Source of the DNA: Phallusia mammillata
Lineage: Eukaryota
Direction of reading: 5' to 3'
Assembly: GCA_965637545.1 (NCBI GenBank)
Contig: OZ281498.1
Span: forward strand, 19,778,001-19,842,000
DNA: 64,000 nt
The notes below the pieces were generated by a model, which had not been told where the DNA came from, did not search any database, and saw only the letters and a list, made by a program, of their open reading frames with translations. The translations under genes were made by a program, and so were the position numbers. Below are positions 32,861 through 45,200 of this stretch, piece by piece (within the stretch, counting starts at the first letter, position 1; the number at the start of each line of letters is the position of its first letter).

Positions 32861-35800
32861 GTTCGCTTGTCGGCCAGATAAAAATGGCTTTGAAATGTCT
32901 TGGGACTAAATTTCTTGTGTTGTGTTCCGGCAGAAGTGTCATCAACATTTTACAACAAATGCTTTGGGTTAGGAAGCCGGCAGTTGATGTTAAATGACGA
33001 ATGCAAAGCGTGCAGACAGGCTGCAAATTGAAACTTTACCTGGTCATTATGGCTGCATTGCAGGAAACATTTTAGGTAAGTTTCAAAACTAACTCAAAAC
33101 CTGAAAATAAGTAAAACAGGTAAATAAAAATCCTACAACCCATATATTACCTTCCTTTGCAAAAACGCAGCACTAGGGGACTAAAGCAAGCCCATTCCCA
33201 TAAATAGCTTTATAAAACACACACCTTTAATCTCAAGCTTGTTTTAACCTGAAATCAATTCAGTTTCGGTTGGTGCACCAACCATTTGGTTTCAGTTGCC
33301 CTACATAGTGATTAGAAACTTAACAGGGCAACGACTTTTTTCGCCACCGTCGTCTGGGCCGATTCAATTGCCATTGTTACCTTCTGTCCTGCTGCGATTT
33401 GTTTGATTTGTTCTGGGAGTAAGTTTAGGAAGTGGCGGCGACGACGCCCTAATGATAACGAAATTTCTAACACTGTGCGCTGCTGGACCTGTCTGCGTGC
33501 ACACAAGCGCCACAACCGTTGTTGTAAAAGTATCTCCAAAACGCAAATTCGCCAGCAAGGGCAGCTATCGTGGTTGCGCTACTTGGTAAATTCTCACAAA
33601 TCAAGCAAACCAGAAATCGTCTGGTTTGGGCTTACGGATTCTAAAACGACCTAGATTAAGATGGAGTGAAATACGACACCAGACAAATAAACCACGAATC
33701 CAGTTCGGTTAAGCCGACTAACCGTAAGACAAAATGTATTCAAAACATGTGCGACATCCCTAATTTAACAAGTTAAAATCACAAATGACACTATCTTAAT
33801 TTGCAAAAGCAGATTTTAAAACATCCTAACTATGCCTGTACAAAGTAAAGCCCACGCAATTTTGCTCTTAGGGTACAGAGTTTAAGCTTTGCTGACACAA
33901 CACTTCATAGAAAAATTCGCAAACAAAACGTTTTCAGCCAGAATAGCTGACCTATATTTCTCCAAATGATCAGTTATTGGGCGTTAAGGACATGATAATT
34001 GTGACGTAACAAGTGTAGATAATGATAACGTTCGGTTTCCAAGTTCTCTTGTCACGTCACAATGTACTAACAGAAAAGGTGCCAAGCCCTAATAAGTCAA
34101 AATTCGTCAACACGTTATACATAGTAGATAAAGTATTGCGTTAGATTGCCAAATTTAGAAACTAGTTTGTTGTGCTAAATTGGATGGGTTATGAAAGCAA
34201 ACTTTTTTCATCGAAGTGTCGGGCGAAGTAAAGAATATATCGACCGGCAAATCCTGAAACTTAATCGATTTTGCAATTGCACGCATTCGATGAACACGTG
34301 ACCCCACTTCGTGGTGACGTAACTTCTTGTGGCCAAGGAGCTGCTTCATGAAGGAAATGAATGCGTGATTAATTACATTGTAACCATGCAGGTTTGTAGG
34401 CCTATTTTCTGGATAGTTCATTGTGCAACCAGTTAAGCTATAGTTAGCAAAGGGTATTTTGTTTTTTACATTTAAACTGTTTTGTTGAGTTTATTTTCAT
34501 GCTTTTCCATTTTTTGAAACGCGTAAAAAGTTGCCATTATCTTATTGAAAGAATCGTGTTATATCATTGCCATTGTTGACCTTGCATGGCTGATATCTTG
34601 TATCAGCATAAAATTTGTATTTCATGCAATTAAATCAGTCAAGACAGGATTGCGCGATACGCAGATCGCCAGAGGCAGTTGAAAGTTTCAGACTTGCGGT
34701 TTGCTGTAATTCCGGTAAAGATGTGTGTGGCTTTGGGCCCACCACGCGAATAGCCTTCCATTTGATGACGGCAAATCGTAAATCTCAATACATGCCGTCG
34801 CCAAAGATTTATTTATTGTCTCGTGGGTTGGCGTCGCACCTGCGGACGAACACCGTCAGTTCATCATTAAGCTTGATATACTTCAAACATTCTCATTGGT
34901 TGATTTGAATATGTAACAATTGGCGGTAAAAGTGACAATCACCTTGAGGCAAATAACATTAACTGAATAAATTAATATCTATTAAATGCGTTCATAAGGT
35001 ATCCTATTGTTTTAATTTGACGTTACAAATACAACGCAAAAAAAAACATAAACTACAAAGCTTACCGAAAACTGTAAAACCAGTAGAAAAGCGTACAATG
35101 TCAATAAATAAGATTTATCTCAAACGCTACCATCCTGAATTTGTTATAGCGCCCATTCTGCTATAAACTGTTTACTGCACTAAACCATCGCTTCGTAATG
35201 GATGGTAACAGGTCCTGCAAACAAGTTTAAACCAGACAACGAAAATTCTTCTTTTCTTAAAAATGTCATACGTTTTATCCGAGCCCGTTGCTTAGTTGTT
35301 CAAAAGACTGAAATTAGTTGCAAATAAGACAGCTAAAACGATTTTCACTAGTACGTAAATACGTAGTTTTTCAGCAGTACAAATCACATACATATATTTG
35401 TTTGTTTAAAAACCCACAAATGCTAAGCAGATCTCAAAACAACTTTCCCATTGCCCATTGTACGAACCTTACCGCTGCAGTAAAAGATGCTAATTGTCCA
35501 CACTTCCACTTTCCAACCCACCCAATTAACAGTATCCCACCTTGGGTACGCCTACCATTCTCTCTAGCTTGCGCAACAGTTCCAGCCGTCGGGCTAGCTA
35601 GAGATATGCGTTGCTGTCCTCTATCCCACGACGACCGCCGATTTATTGCGTCGAGTCATACATTAACTCGCAAACCGCTGGAATTTACTATTGCGACAGC
35701 AGGGTGGTACTGAACACACACTCAGCTGCGAAGCCTAATATATTCAATAACGGGCGTTGGGTTTGCAAGGCCCGGCGTGCCAACCTGGCCCAGGCGTTCG

Positions 35801-36284
35801 CCATAAAACGAACTACAGCGCCGATTAAACACACGAGCACCAATCCCACAACACTCGAACGGTTAATAGGTATTTTTATGCCACCACGACAAACTTGGGC
35901 ATGTCTCATTAAGGTATGCGTTGTGGAATGTGAATGTTTTGTGCATCCAAAGGTTTAATGCAATGTTACCCTAAAACACCGTGTTTGCGGGTAAAACTAA
36001 GGAAGTGTAGGCGAATGAAAGCGTGCAGGAAATGAGAAAGAGAAATTCGACAACTTGTCCCGAAGGGAATTGGTTTAGAACTGGTAAACAGAACCGGAAA
36101 ACAATACAGTTTTTTTTTCAAACAACTAGTCAATTTGAGGCGTTTGGCGTTTTTATCCTTCCTGCCCATACCACCTGTTTCAAATTTTTGACAACCCTAA
36201 CATGGAGAGTGCTATCACTGCGTTTTTTGTGTGTTTTATCGTCTTTGTTGCTTTATAACAACTTTGTGTTATAATTTATGTCAT

Positions 36285-36340
36285 TACCCTGGTAGGGGTG
36301 TCTTGTATGGGACGTCGAAACGTTGGTACGTTATAATAAA
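36285..36340 (+). ncRNA. Degenerate minimal hammerhead ribozyme / Penelope-like LTR remnant
   Basis: UACC-[CUGGUAG, core mutated]-stem II ending GACGUC-GAAA-C-GUU-GGUA, then AATAAA at 36335; same family as 63187-63230; a further fragment TGTATGGGACGTCGAA near 44717. Confidence 0.6.
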
Positions 36341-39300
36341 AACTGCTTAAAGAGCCTCCTATTTGTTAACCCTAACCCAGCTCTATCAACAATATAGTAT
36401 TATTTCAACGAAAAAAACAAGAAAAATCACAAACAAAGGCATTATACCGAAGGGCGGGAACTGGCCCTAGAGCAAACATTCTCCTAAAGACAAATCGCAT
36501 CCATACCACAGTTCACATAGCGCTTAAGGAATGATTAACCTTGCCTATTGGGATAGTGTCAGTCACCCAGCACAGTGGCGCTAGGGACAAACAAGTGTGC
36601 AAGTCGAGTGCTCTGCGATCTCACAAACAAGTGACGTCACGTCCATTGATTGGTTGAAAGGGTTTCAGAGTGCAAGGCGGTGGCTGTCATTTTTCCCTCC
36701 AAGCACCCAGCATTTAGTGGGTTTAGATGTTTAATTTCAAGATAGAAAATAGTTGATTTTGAGCAGTATTTTAATACTATTTTGTTTATTGTATGTTTAA
36801 ACACTGCATAGTTGAACAATTTTCGAGGTGCTTGTTCTTTGTTGTGGTCATGTAACGCAGTAAGCAATAGATCGTAGACCAAAAAGCAACAGAAAATTCT
36901 TGACAACAAACAAATTTATTGTATTTCTTTTAATGTCAAATGTATAATTGGGCACAACCCAAGCCAGGTACAACGATTTTCACCTGTTTTTTGCAAGAAC
37001 TGCATCTATAATCTCTACGAATCAGCGCATTACGAAGGGCCAAAGCGTTCTTAGTTGCAAGGCGTTTACAACCTTATAAAGCTATTAAAGGATAAAATAA
37101 AGGAATAACTAGATCAGCGAGTACAAACAAAATGCAAACAACAACCCAAGGTCGTGAGCACGCAGAGAGGTATTTCAGGAACATCTTCTTGTGTCCTAGG
37201 GTCACAGAAAACCTGCGGATTTCGGGTAACTTGGGGTCATCGACACGAAATCACGTGATGATGGTGCGTGCCGCAGATAACGCAATTAACTAGCAAGTGT
37301 TTGGGGCACGACTGCCGTGATGTGATCAAGACTCATTTAGTGGTAAAATATGCGGCCCAATGCATTTTCGGCAAAAAACGCATTGCTATTTGGTTAACAA
37401 AAAAACGTTTTCAAATTATAAAACAACAGTAAATGTACCTCTTTTTTAGGTTGAAAATCCGTTTGCAGTTTGAATATTCTTCAATAGGGCAATTGCCCTT
37501 CAACAACAACTGATATATATTGAACTGATTTTTCCACATCGAAGGACACGTTCAATTTAAAAGGCACGACCAACCCATCGCGGTTTTAGCCAGAACTAAG
37601 AAGCGAAACAGTGTATTACAAGCTCGTCACGCCCGTACTGTTTCGGGGAAATCTACACTATGTGGCAACAAACTAGCACAAAAACGTGAACCCTACGCCC
37701 GTGGGTTAATGCCTGTTGTCAGCCAAATACACGCTTCATGGCATATTCGTTGTCGATTGTTGCAGGATGTTTACGTTATAGCCCGGTTACAAGCGTCACC
37801 ACAGCCCCGTATCAAGGCTTGTCTTTTTATCACAGCAGTGTAACTGTCCTGGGATGTAACTTTTAATTACGTCTGCTTGCATGTGTGCGTTTAAATCGGG
37901 TTTAGGAGCAAGCTACATGCAGTGGAGCATCGTAAAAGTTTGGAAAAAAATCAGAGCATGGGGAAAGTCATTTTATGCAATGAACATACTAAAAGTAATA
38001 CAAAAGTCCCGCCTGAAATTTCTGCTTTATAATAATGTATTTTAAGGTAGCCTTCGCCCCTAAAGCTGTACACGACTTAAGAGTTGACAAAAGACCACAA
38101 ATAGCAACTGGGACTTTCCAGATAAAACCCAACTGAAAATCCATCGTGAAAGCAGCGAAACAATGCCTGAACTGAATACATACGAAGGCGGCATGCTGGC
38201 GTGGACCTCAGCCTGGTTTCGACGCTAACCGTTACATATTTCTTTTCTGCCTGCGAGTGACAGGTCGCTTGAGAAGGGGCGTCCCTGGCCTGTCACGCAG
38301 CCAAGCACTAAAAGCATGATGCGTCTCCGCGGTTTGATTTGTCGCAACGTGCTGCGTGACGATCATACCGATGTGTGACGTCACTCGAGGGCAGGCACGC
38401 AGCTGCAAGAGACAAGGGATTGCCTTCAAAACGAAGATTTTGGCCATGTATTGAAAAAGAGTGAAACCAATAGTAATGCACATTTTTAAACACAATGCCA
38501 TTGCTTCAACCAAAAAAAACTTTCTGGTTGAACTAAATTAAAGTTACTAACATACATGTCAATTAAGTTGTCCAACCCACTGGCAATAAAACAGGCAGCT
38601 CACTGACAGACTGATTGCAAACATAACGCATAGGGTGTTGCTTAACTAAGGACAAAACGAAACAACCTGGAACAAAATATGAAATATGACTTTAAACATT
38701 ATATCTTTGAGATGGAATGCTTGGAAAATCTGGTTATGTTCAGTAACGATTGTGCTTTGTAAACATGAAATGCTTTAGAAAGTAAAAAGTTTCATTAACT
38801 CAAAACAATGAGCAGCTTGGATAGTGCCAATTCATCACAGAACCAACACAACTGTATCCTGTTTGGGGCTGAGCGTGCCCACAGCGTCTTTAAATAAAAC
38901 AAACTATCAACACTACTGGGGCAACATTTACCACATTACATATCTTCTCTTCAGACAATTTTAAGTTGTTTATAAAGTTGGAATAAACTTAGTGGATTTC
39001 TTTTTGTTCATAAAATATCTCTAAAAAGGTGCAGCCCATTTCTCATCACTTTATGTAAAAACACGATGACACAGGCGTCAAGCTAAACTGATTTAACAAG
39101 AAATACTATGGTGTCTGCATACACACAAACCACAAGCTGCTTAAAGTTGACATGCTGTGATGTACAAAACAATCTCGTGAGAGACAGAGTGTCCACAAGT
39201 ACGACAAAACCATAATAAACATTTTTTGGCTTCAACAAAGTCGGTCTGTTCTCTCAGTACTATAAAAAGGTCAAATGCAGTTTCAAAATAGACCAACCTT

Positions 39301-40740
39301 TTATACACTGGATAAATTTATTTATTGCCAATGTTGCAATATATGCAAATGCTTTTGCATGGTGTCAAACTTCAGACTACAATGGTCATAAAACTGGTGG
39401 TTATATATGGTTATACTACCACAAATTTACATCTGTTACCTCACCCATGCAGCATTTTAACAATGTAATTTTATCAAATTGATGTTTTTTGATTGTTGAT
39501 TTTAAACTATGTAACAATTAAAAGAGGTAAAAAAATGCAAAATATAAGATGCATTAGGGCCTTTTTATGCAGCAACCTTATTCTAATAACTTATATCGGT
39601 CTGCAAAAGGAATTAAGTGAATACACAAATATATTCAATGCACAGAACAGTGCTATACCAATTGCACAAAGTTTTTAGCAATAGAAATGTGTTAATACAC
39701 CTATTTTCAAGATGAAGTTTTCACAAAAGCATTGTTACTTAAGCATTGGTAGTTTAAAAATTGTTTTGTACACAAAAACAATTTGACCACATATAATTTG
39801 TCATTTAGTAATCACAGAAAGTTGTTCAAATATTTTAACACAAATTTATCATTTTAAAACTTCTCGCAAAAAAGTAGTTATTATTTAGATGAAGTAAAAT
39901 TCAGAAATAAAGACATATATGTCTTCACTATATTGGACTATAGTCCAATAGACAAACAAAGTCTTTCTATTGGACAAAATATTTACTAAAAGTGTGAATT
40001 TTATTCCTAAAAGGCAAAAGAGGCCTAGCAACTCCCCCACAAAAGTTAAACACACAAACTAAAGCCAAAACATTGTATTTTGGCCTTTGAATAAATAAAC
40101 ATACCAAGTGCCAAGTAGAAAAAGTAAGATCACTATTCCTTTCTGCCATAAAACTTTACAACTCAAACCCACTTTAAAAATATGCTGCACAAGTTATAAA
40201 TTGTTTACATTATACAAGCAGAATAGTAGGTAATATAGTTTACAAGAGAAACCTCTTTTTCCGTTGCACAAAAACACGCCAAACTTCTACTTTCCTTTCG
40301 TTGCCGTTTCCTTCGTCGTGGGTTGGGCAGTTGCGCAGCGATGCGTAACGAAATTATTTTGACAATTCAGACGTTTATTGCATGATTTTTATGGCAGAAA
40401 AAACGAAACTCGAAAAAACGCAATGTTTTGCCACACTCCAACTGTAAACCAGGGCTAGATTGACCATTACATAAAGGAACAACTTTTTAATTGAGAAATG
40501 AGGTAAAGGACACCAGAAAAAACTTTAACAGCCAAGTTTTCAGACGTTTCTCAGATTTTAAATCCACCACCAAGCTGTTTTTCTAGTCGGCACTGATTTT
40601 TTTTATTTCAAGATTTATTGGTTTCCAACATCGTTGTTATCTTACAAACATTTAACATCGTGAAACATTTGAGTTACTTTTTTATCTCAGCTTGAATTGT
40701 ATTGTTAGTGAGTGTACATGATGTCAATGGTCCTTAGACT

Positions 40741-41204
40741 CAGGGAGTCGAACCGGAACTGAACCCGAACCCGCGAACCGGTTTGAGCGGTTTATTTCAT
40801 TAAACCCGAACCGAACGCGAACCGCTAATTACGATTATCTAAAAACCCGAACCGGAGTTGAACCCCATATTTTGGTTGGCGTTGAACCCGAACCGGAACC
40901 GAACCAGTAAAAAATGCGCGAGATAACACTTATAGGGCGTGTCAAAAATTACAGAGCACGGTCAAAATTATTTTGGAGTTTGATATAGCCAGGTAGATGA
41001 TGGGTAGACTTAAATTGACATGAATAAAAATTTGAACCGGTTTAAAAACCGTAAACCGGTTCGGACCAGATCATTTGCCCGAACCGGAACCAAACCCGAA
41101 CCCGAAAATATACATTTTTAAAAACCTGAACCGAACCCGTAAAAACAAAACCAAGTGAACCCGAACCGAACCTGAACCCATATGACAAGCGGTTCGACTC
41201 CCTG
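40741..41204. mobile_element. hAT (Ac-like) non-autonomous element with AACCG/AACCCG subterminal repeats
   Basis: 14-bp perfect TIR CAGGGAGTCGAACC; exact 8-bp TSD CTTAGACT (40733-40740, 41205-41212). Confidence 0.92.
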
Positions 41205-42255
41205 CTTAGACTACAGAACGAATTTAGAGATTTTCGAACTAGCCTACAATCGTTTCAAAAATCAGAAAGCCTGTCGTATAGGCTATGTCGGTTGAAACTA
41301 TAGCCTTAAATTAAGAACATATTCTGTGTCATACTAAACCGCTAAATTCATTTTGTAGTCTGATAGGAAGTATTTGTAAACCTGCTGAACCTTCTAAAAA
41401 CTCTACTGAATTTCTCCAATTCGTAATAGAACTCCAAACGACCAAAGTTAGGTTAAGAAAAGCTAGTATAGAGTAACATTCCTACCTTATGCTCCGCACA
41501 AGTCCAGTTCATAACAATTAAGGTGGTTACCTTATCTTACTAGCCTAATGATGTTCTATGTTTTGGTTAGCATTGACCAGTGGTTAGCAATGGAGTATTT
41601 TTTATGATTGAAATATGGATATGTACAAGTGCAAATTAACAAACAAACATGAATCAACAACAAAAATACTTATCAAGCAGATTTAGAACGTTTCGATTCA
41701 ACACAATAAGAGCACAGTTTGGGGTGGCTACAAATATAAGGCTAAAACTGAATAAAAAAAACACAGTTAAAATATAATTTTCAGGTACAGAAGTTTTTGC
41801 GTAGCTGCAAGAATTACAGCATATTGGCAATGGCTTTTTACTTGAGGTTTGGTTCGTTTGAAGAACAGATCAGTTGGTGTCAAATGCCTTAGCTACGGCA
41901 ATAGATGTTGATTTAGGCGAAAATCGCACACATACATTTTCAACATGCTGGAATTAGAAAAAAGCCTAAAAGCAAACTCAAGCAGCACATGATATGTGGA
42001 AATGATATAAGCAGGGCGCGGCGTAAATACTGCTAGGAAGTTACGTTTCGTGGTTTTTGCGTTGGGGACAAGCGCTAGGGGCGATTTTAATCAGGGATTC
42101 AAGTGTGACGTCATACAACTGTGACGTCATACAATGTTGAGTCGTCTTTAAAGACAATACGCATTTACAGATTTGCTGTTTGGATGCAAGAAAAACCGAA
42201 AGGTGCAGCAGCAAAAAAATGTGATAAAAAAATCATTTTTTCACATTTCAACATC

Positions 42256-45200
42256 CTAGTGAAGTTGTTCAAGGTCCACAGGTTTTTCGGTGAAGATTCG
42301 CAGAAGAAAGGTGCCGCTTTTCGATGCGTAGAACGTTGACGGCACTATGACGTAATAACCGGGGCTGAGAAGGCCGGTGATGGTAACTTCACGACGATTG
42401 ATGTAAGAACCGCTAGACATCACTTCGTAGTTTCGACTGAAATATCTTGCGTCCAGTTTTCGAGTTGGGCGCTCGCTTACCTACGTGCAATAGGAAATAG
42501 TAAAGAAACTGAAATGTGCAGCATAAAATTAAGGCAAGCAACAGTGCTTGTGATCCAACTTTCGGCGGGTTCAGCACTGAGCCTGTGTAGCTCAGTTGGT
42601 AAAGCGCGAGTCACGAAAAGACTCATGTCGTGGGTCCGTGATTCAGGATATCGTCCTCAATAGCCCTGACTAATTATGATTTAGGAAGTAGGAAACTTGT
42701 TCCTTTTTGTGATTTATCTACGGTCCTATATGGTCGTAAACAGTGACATTTATTTATTATTTTAAACCACAAAGAATCACAAATATGATGTTTGACTTTT
42801 TCAGCTTTGTAGCAATAAAACCTTACGAAACTTGTTCGAAATAATGCGATTCTGTTTGAATAATGAAGAGCTAAATAGACCCAATGCTAAATAGACCCAA
42901 TATATATCTGTGTATCAACTTGTTACATAAAACTGTTTGTTTAAATACGAGTTTTTAACACAAAAAGATTCTTACCGTTTTGATATTTGTAAGCTAATGC
43001 TAAAACTAATGGCATTGTTAGTAATTCAACGAGACTTGCACTAGAAATGAGGGGGGACACAAATATTTTGTAATACTGCGTTACAAAAACTTTCAAAATT
43101 GTCTTTAAAATATGGATAAGCACCAACCCTGAAAATGTTCACAGAAAGATACAAGTTTTCAACTCCTTTTGATCTTGCAACTCTCCTGTATTCCTGCATC
43201 AGCCCGAGAACAATAGAACATTTTCCTTCCTCCTCTGGTTCATCCTCCACAGGATCAAAGTCATCTGTGCAACAAATACACAGGTTTGAGCGAATTTGTT
43301 TTCTGTTATTGTTCATTTAAACGGAGATAATATGCAAATGTGCTCATAGACTAGCCCAGTGGTTCCCAACGGATAAAGAAATTTTAATACTTGAGAGGAG
43401 GAATTTACTTAAAATTTTACCTGTGGTTTGTAAATAGATACTATAGCTCTGGGAGTACAACCTGTGAAGTTGATAAAGGTCTGATTTTAAATGATCTTTG
43501 TATGGTTTAGCATCGGCTATGTAGTCTACTAGGGAGAAATGAACATGTTTTAAATTGTTTAAGGAGGAATTCGTTGTTTGGGAACCACACCATTGTGTAC
43601 ACACATCAAAATATATGTAGCCGACTTCAAGTCAAGATTGAAAGTCAGTTTCATTGTTCATATTATGCCAGGTCCCTAAAGTCATCATACCGAACGAACC
43701 ACATATTAATGTTATATTTCAGTACTTTTTGCGTTTTCGAACTGTGCAGCTCATTTGGTAGAGCGCCAGCCCCTGACATAGTCCTGTCGCGGGTTCGAAT
43801 TTCACCGCTGGATATTTCTATTCCATGCCTTGTTGTATCGAAATGCTTGGGAGACCATGCAGTTTGATTCGTTGAATACATTCAATATGTCTGGTGTCCT
43901 ATGCTAGATTATTATTTTACATAGCCACCGTTTCTTGCTTTAGTGTAGATATTTTCCATGATTTCCTATTTTATAAGTAAACTAATAACAAGTGTAAAGC
44001 CGTAATCACTACCTCATTCAGACTTGTGAGTTGGGCCGGGTTCGGGCTTAAATTTCACAAAAAACAGGCTTGATTTGGCCCTGACTTTGCATTGGGCATA
44101 ATTTTGACCGCATTTTTAAAGCATTTTCGGCCTGAGTATGACTCGGGTTTCGGGCATGGTGCCTTCGGGTTCGGGCCTCAATTTTAGACCCGCTTATAAA
44201 TCCCATTACTTACCTGGTTCGCGGAGTTCCATGAAGTACTGAGGATTGGTTTCATACGAATATAAATCGTTCCTACTTCCACCTGCTGTTTTGCCTGTAA
44301 CCCATTCCCCGTTAATTGTAGACCGAAGCCACCTGGAAAAAGTGGCAAAAATTGACATGAATGACTGGAGGTTAACATATACTATCCCTGTTGGGACAGA
44401 CTGATGGGTTTAGAATTTCGTATACCCTAATAATTAATGTATAGATCAGTGGTACCAAAATTATTTCATGGCCCAAATGTTGATTCACAATCATCATATG
44501 CTGTCATGATTTACAAAAAAAATACAATAGGGTCACAAGCGTTTATGCCAGCTTATTTAATAATAATACCCAGTTCAGATATCTCTAAGGTACACTAAAA
44601 TAATTTTGTGGATTACTGCTACGCCATAAAACAGTTGTAAAAATCACTATTCTAGATGGTAGCTAAAACGCTATGCTATTTCGAATAGGATTTCAAAACT
44701 AAATCTAGCATGTATGGGACGTCGAATATTGCAATAAAAAGCTGTTGGAAGAGCCTGGCAGCAACAGCTTTTATACTAAATAATATAAAGTTCGTCTTTG
44801 CTTGACCATTAACTGACCTGTCCCCTGTGGGCGCGCCGTCGCTGTCAAAATCAGGTCCCACAGTGCAAATGGTGAGGTCAGTGAAAAAATGCGAAAGGTC
44901 ATCGAAGGTCATCCACCATTGGCCGTTGTCCTTGTCCACGTGCATACTTCGCTTCACATCCTCGCTTACAAAATCCCAAGTGTGCGATCTGTGAAGGAAT
45001 TGTAAACATTTGTAGTTAATACTGGTATCACTCGATACCTTGACGTATTGTAGGTTGTTTGTTTGTTTGTTGTCCTAGGTGGGCGGACAAAGCCTGAATG
45101 CCTTATGCTTACAATCAGTCCGACGTTAAACTGCTTGTTTCACTGCACTGTCTGTAACAAATAATTTTTTGATCGTTTATGCCTTAAATTTAGTTCAACC

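Noticed and set aside
33312-33654. Three overlapping 64-83 aa ORFs upstream of TAOK
   Set aside because: GC-rich 5'/promoter-type sequence, no homology, and no splice path in frame with the kinase ATG at 32860.
44184-44378. Track [13 protein letters not shown]... as a calpain exon
   Set aside because: Wrong frame; the true exon 44332-44214 reads [21 protein letters not shown]...NPQY.
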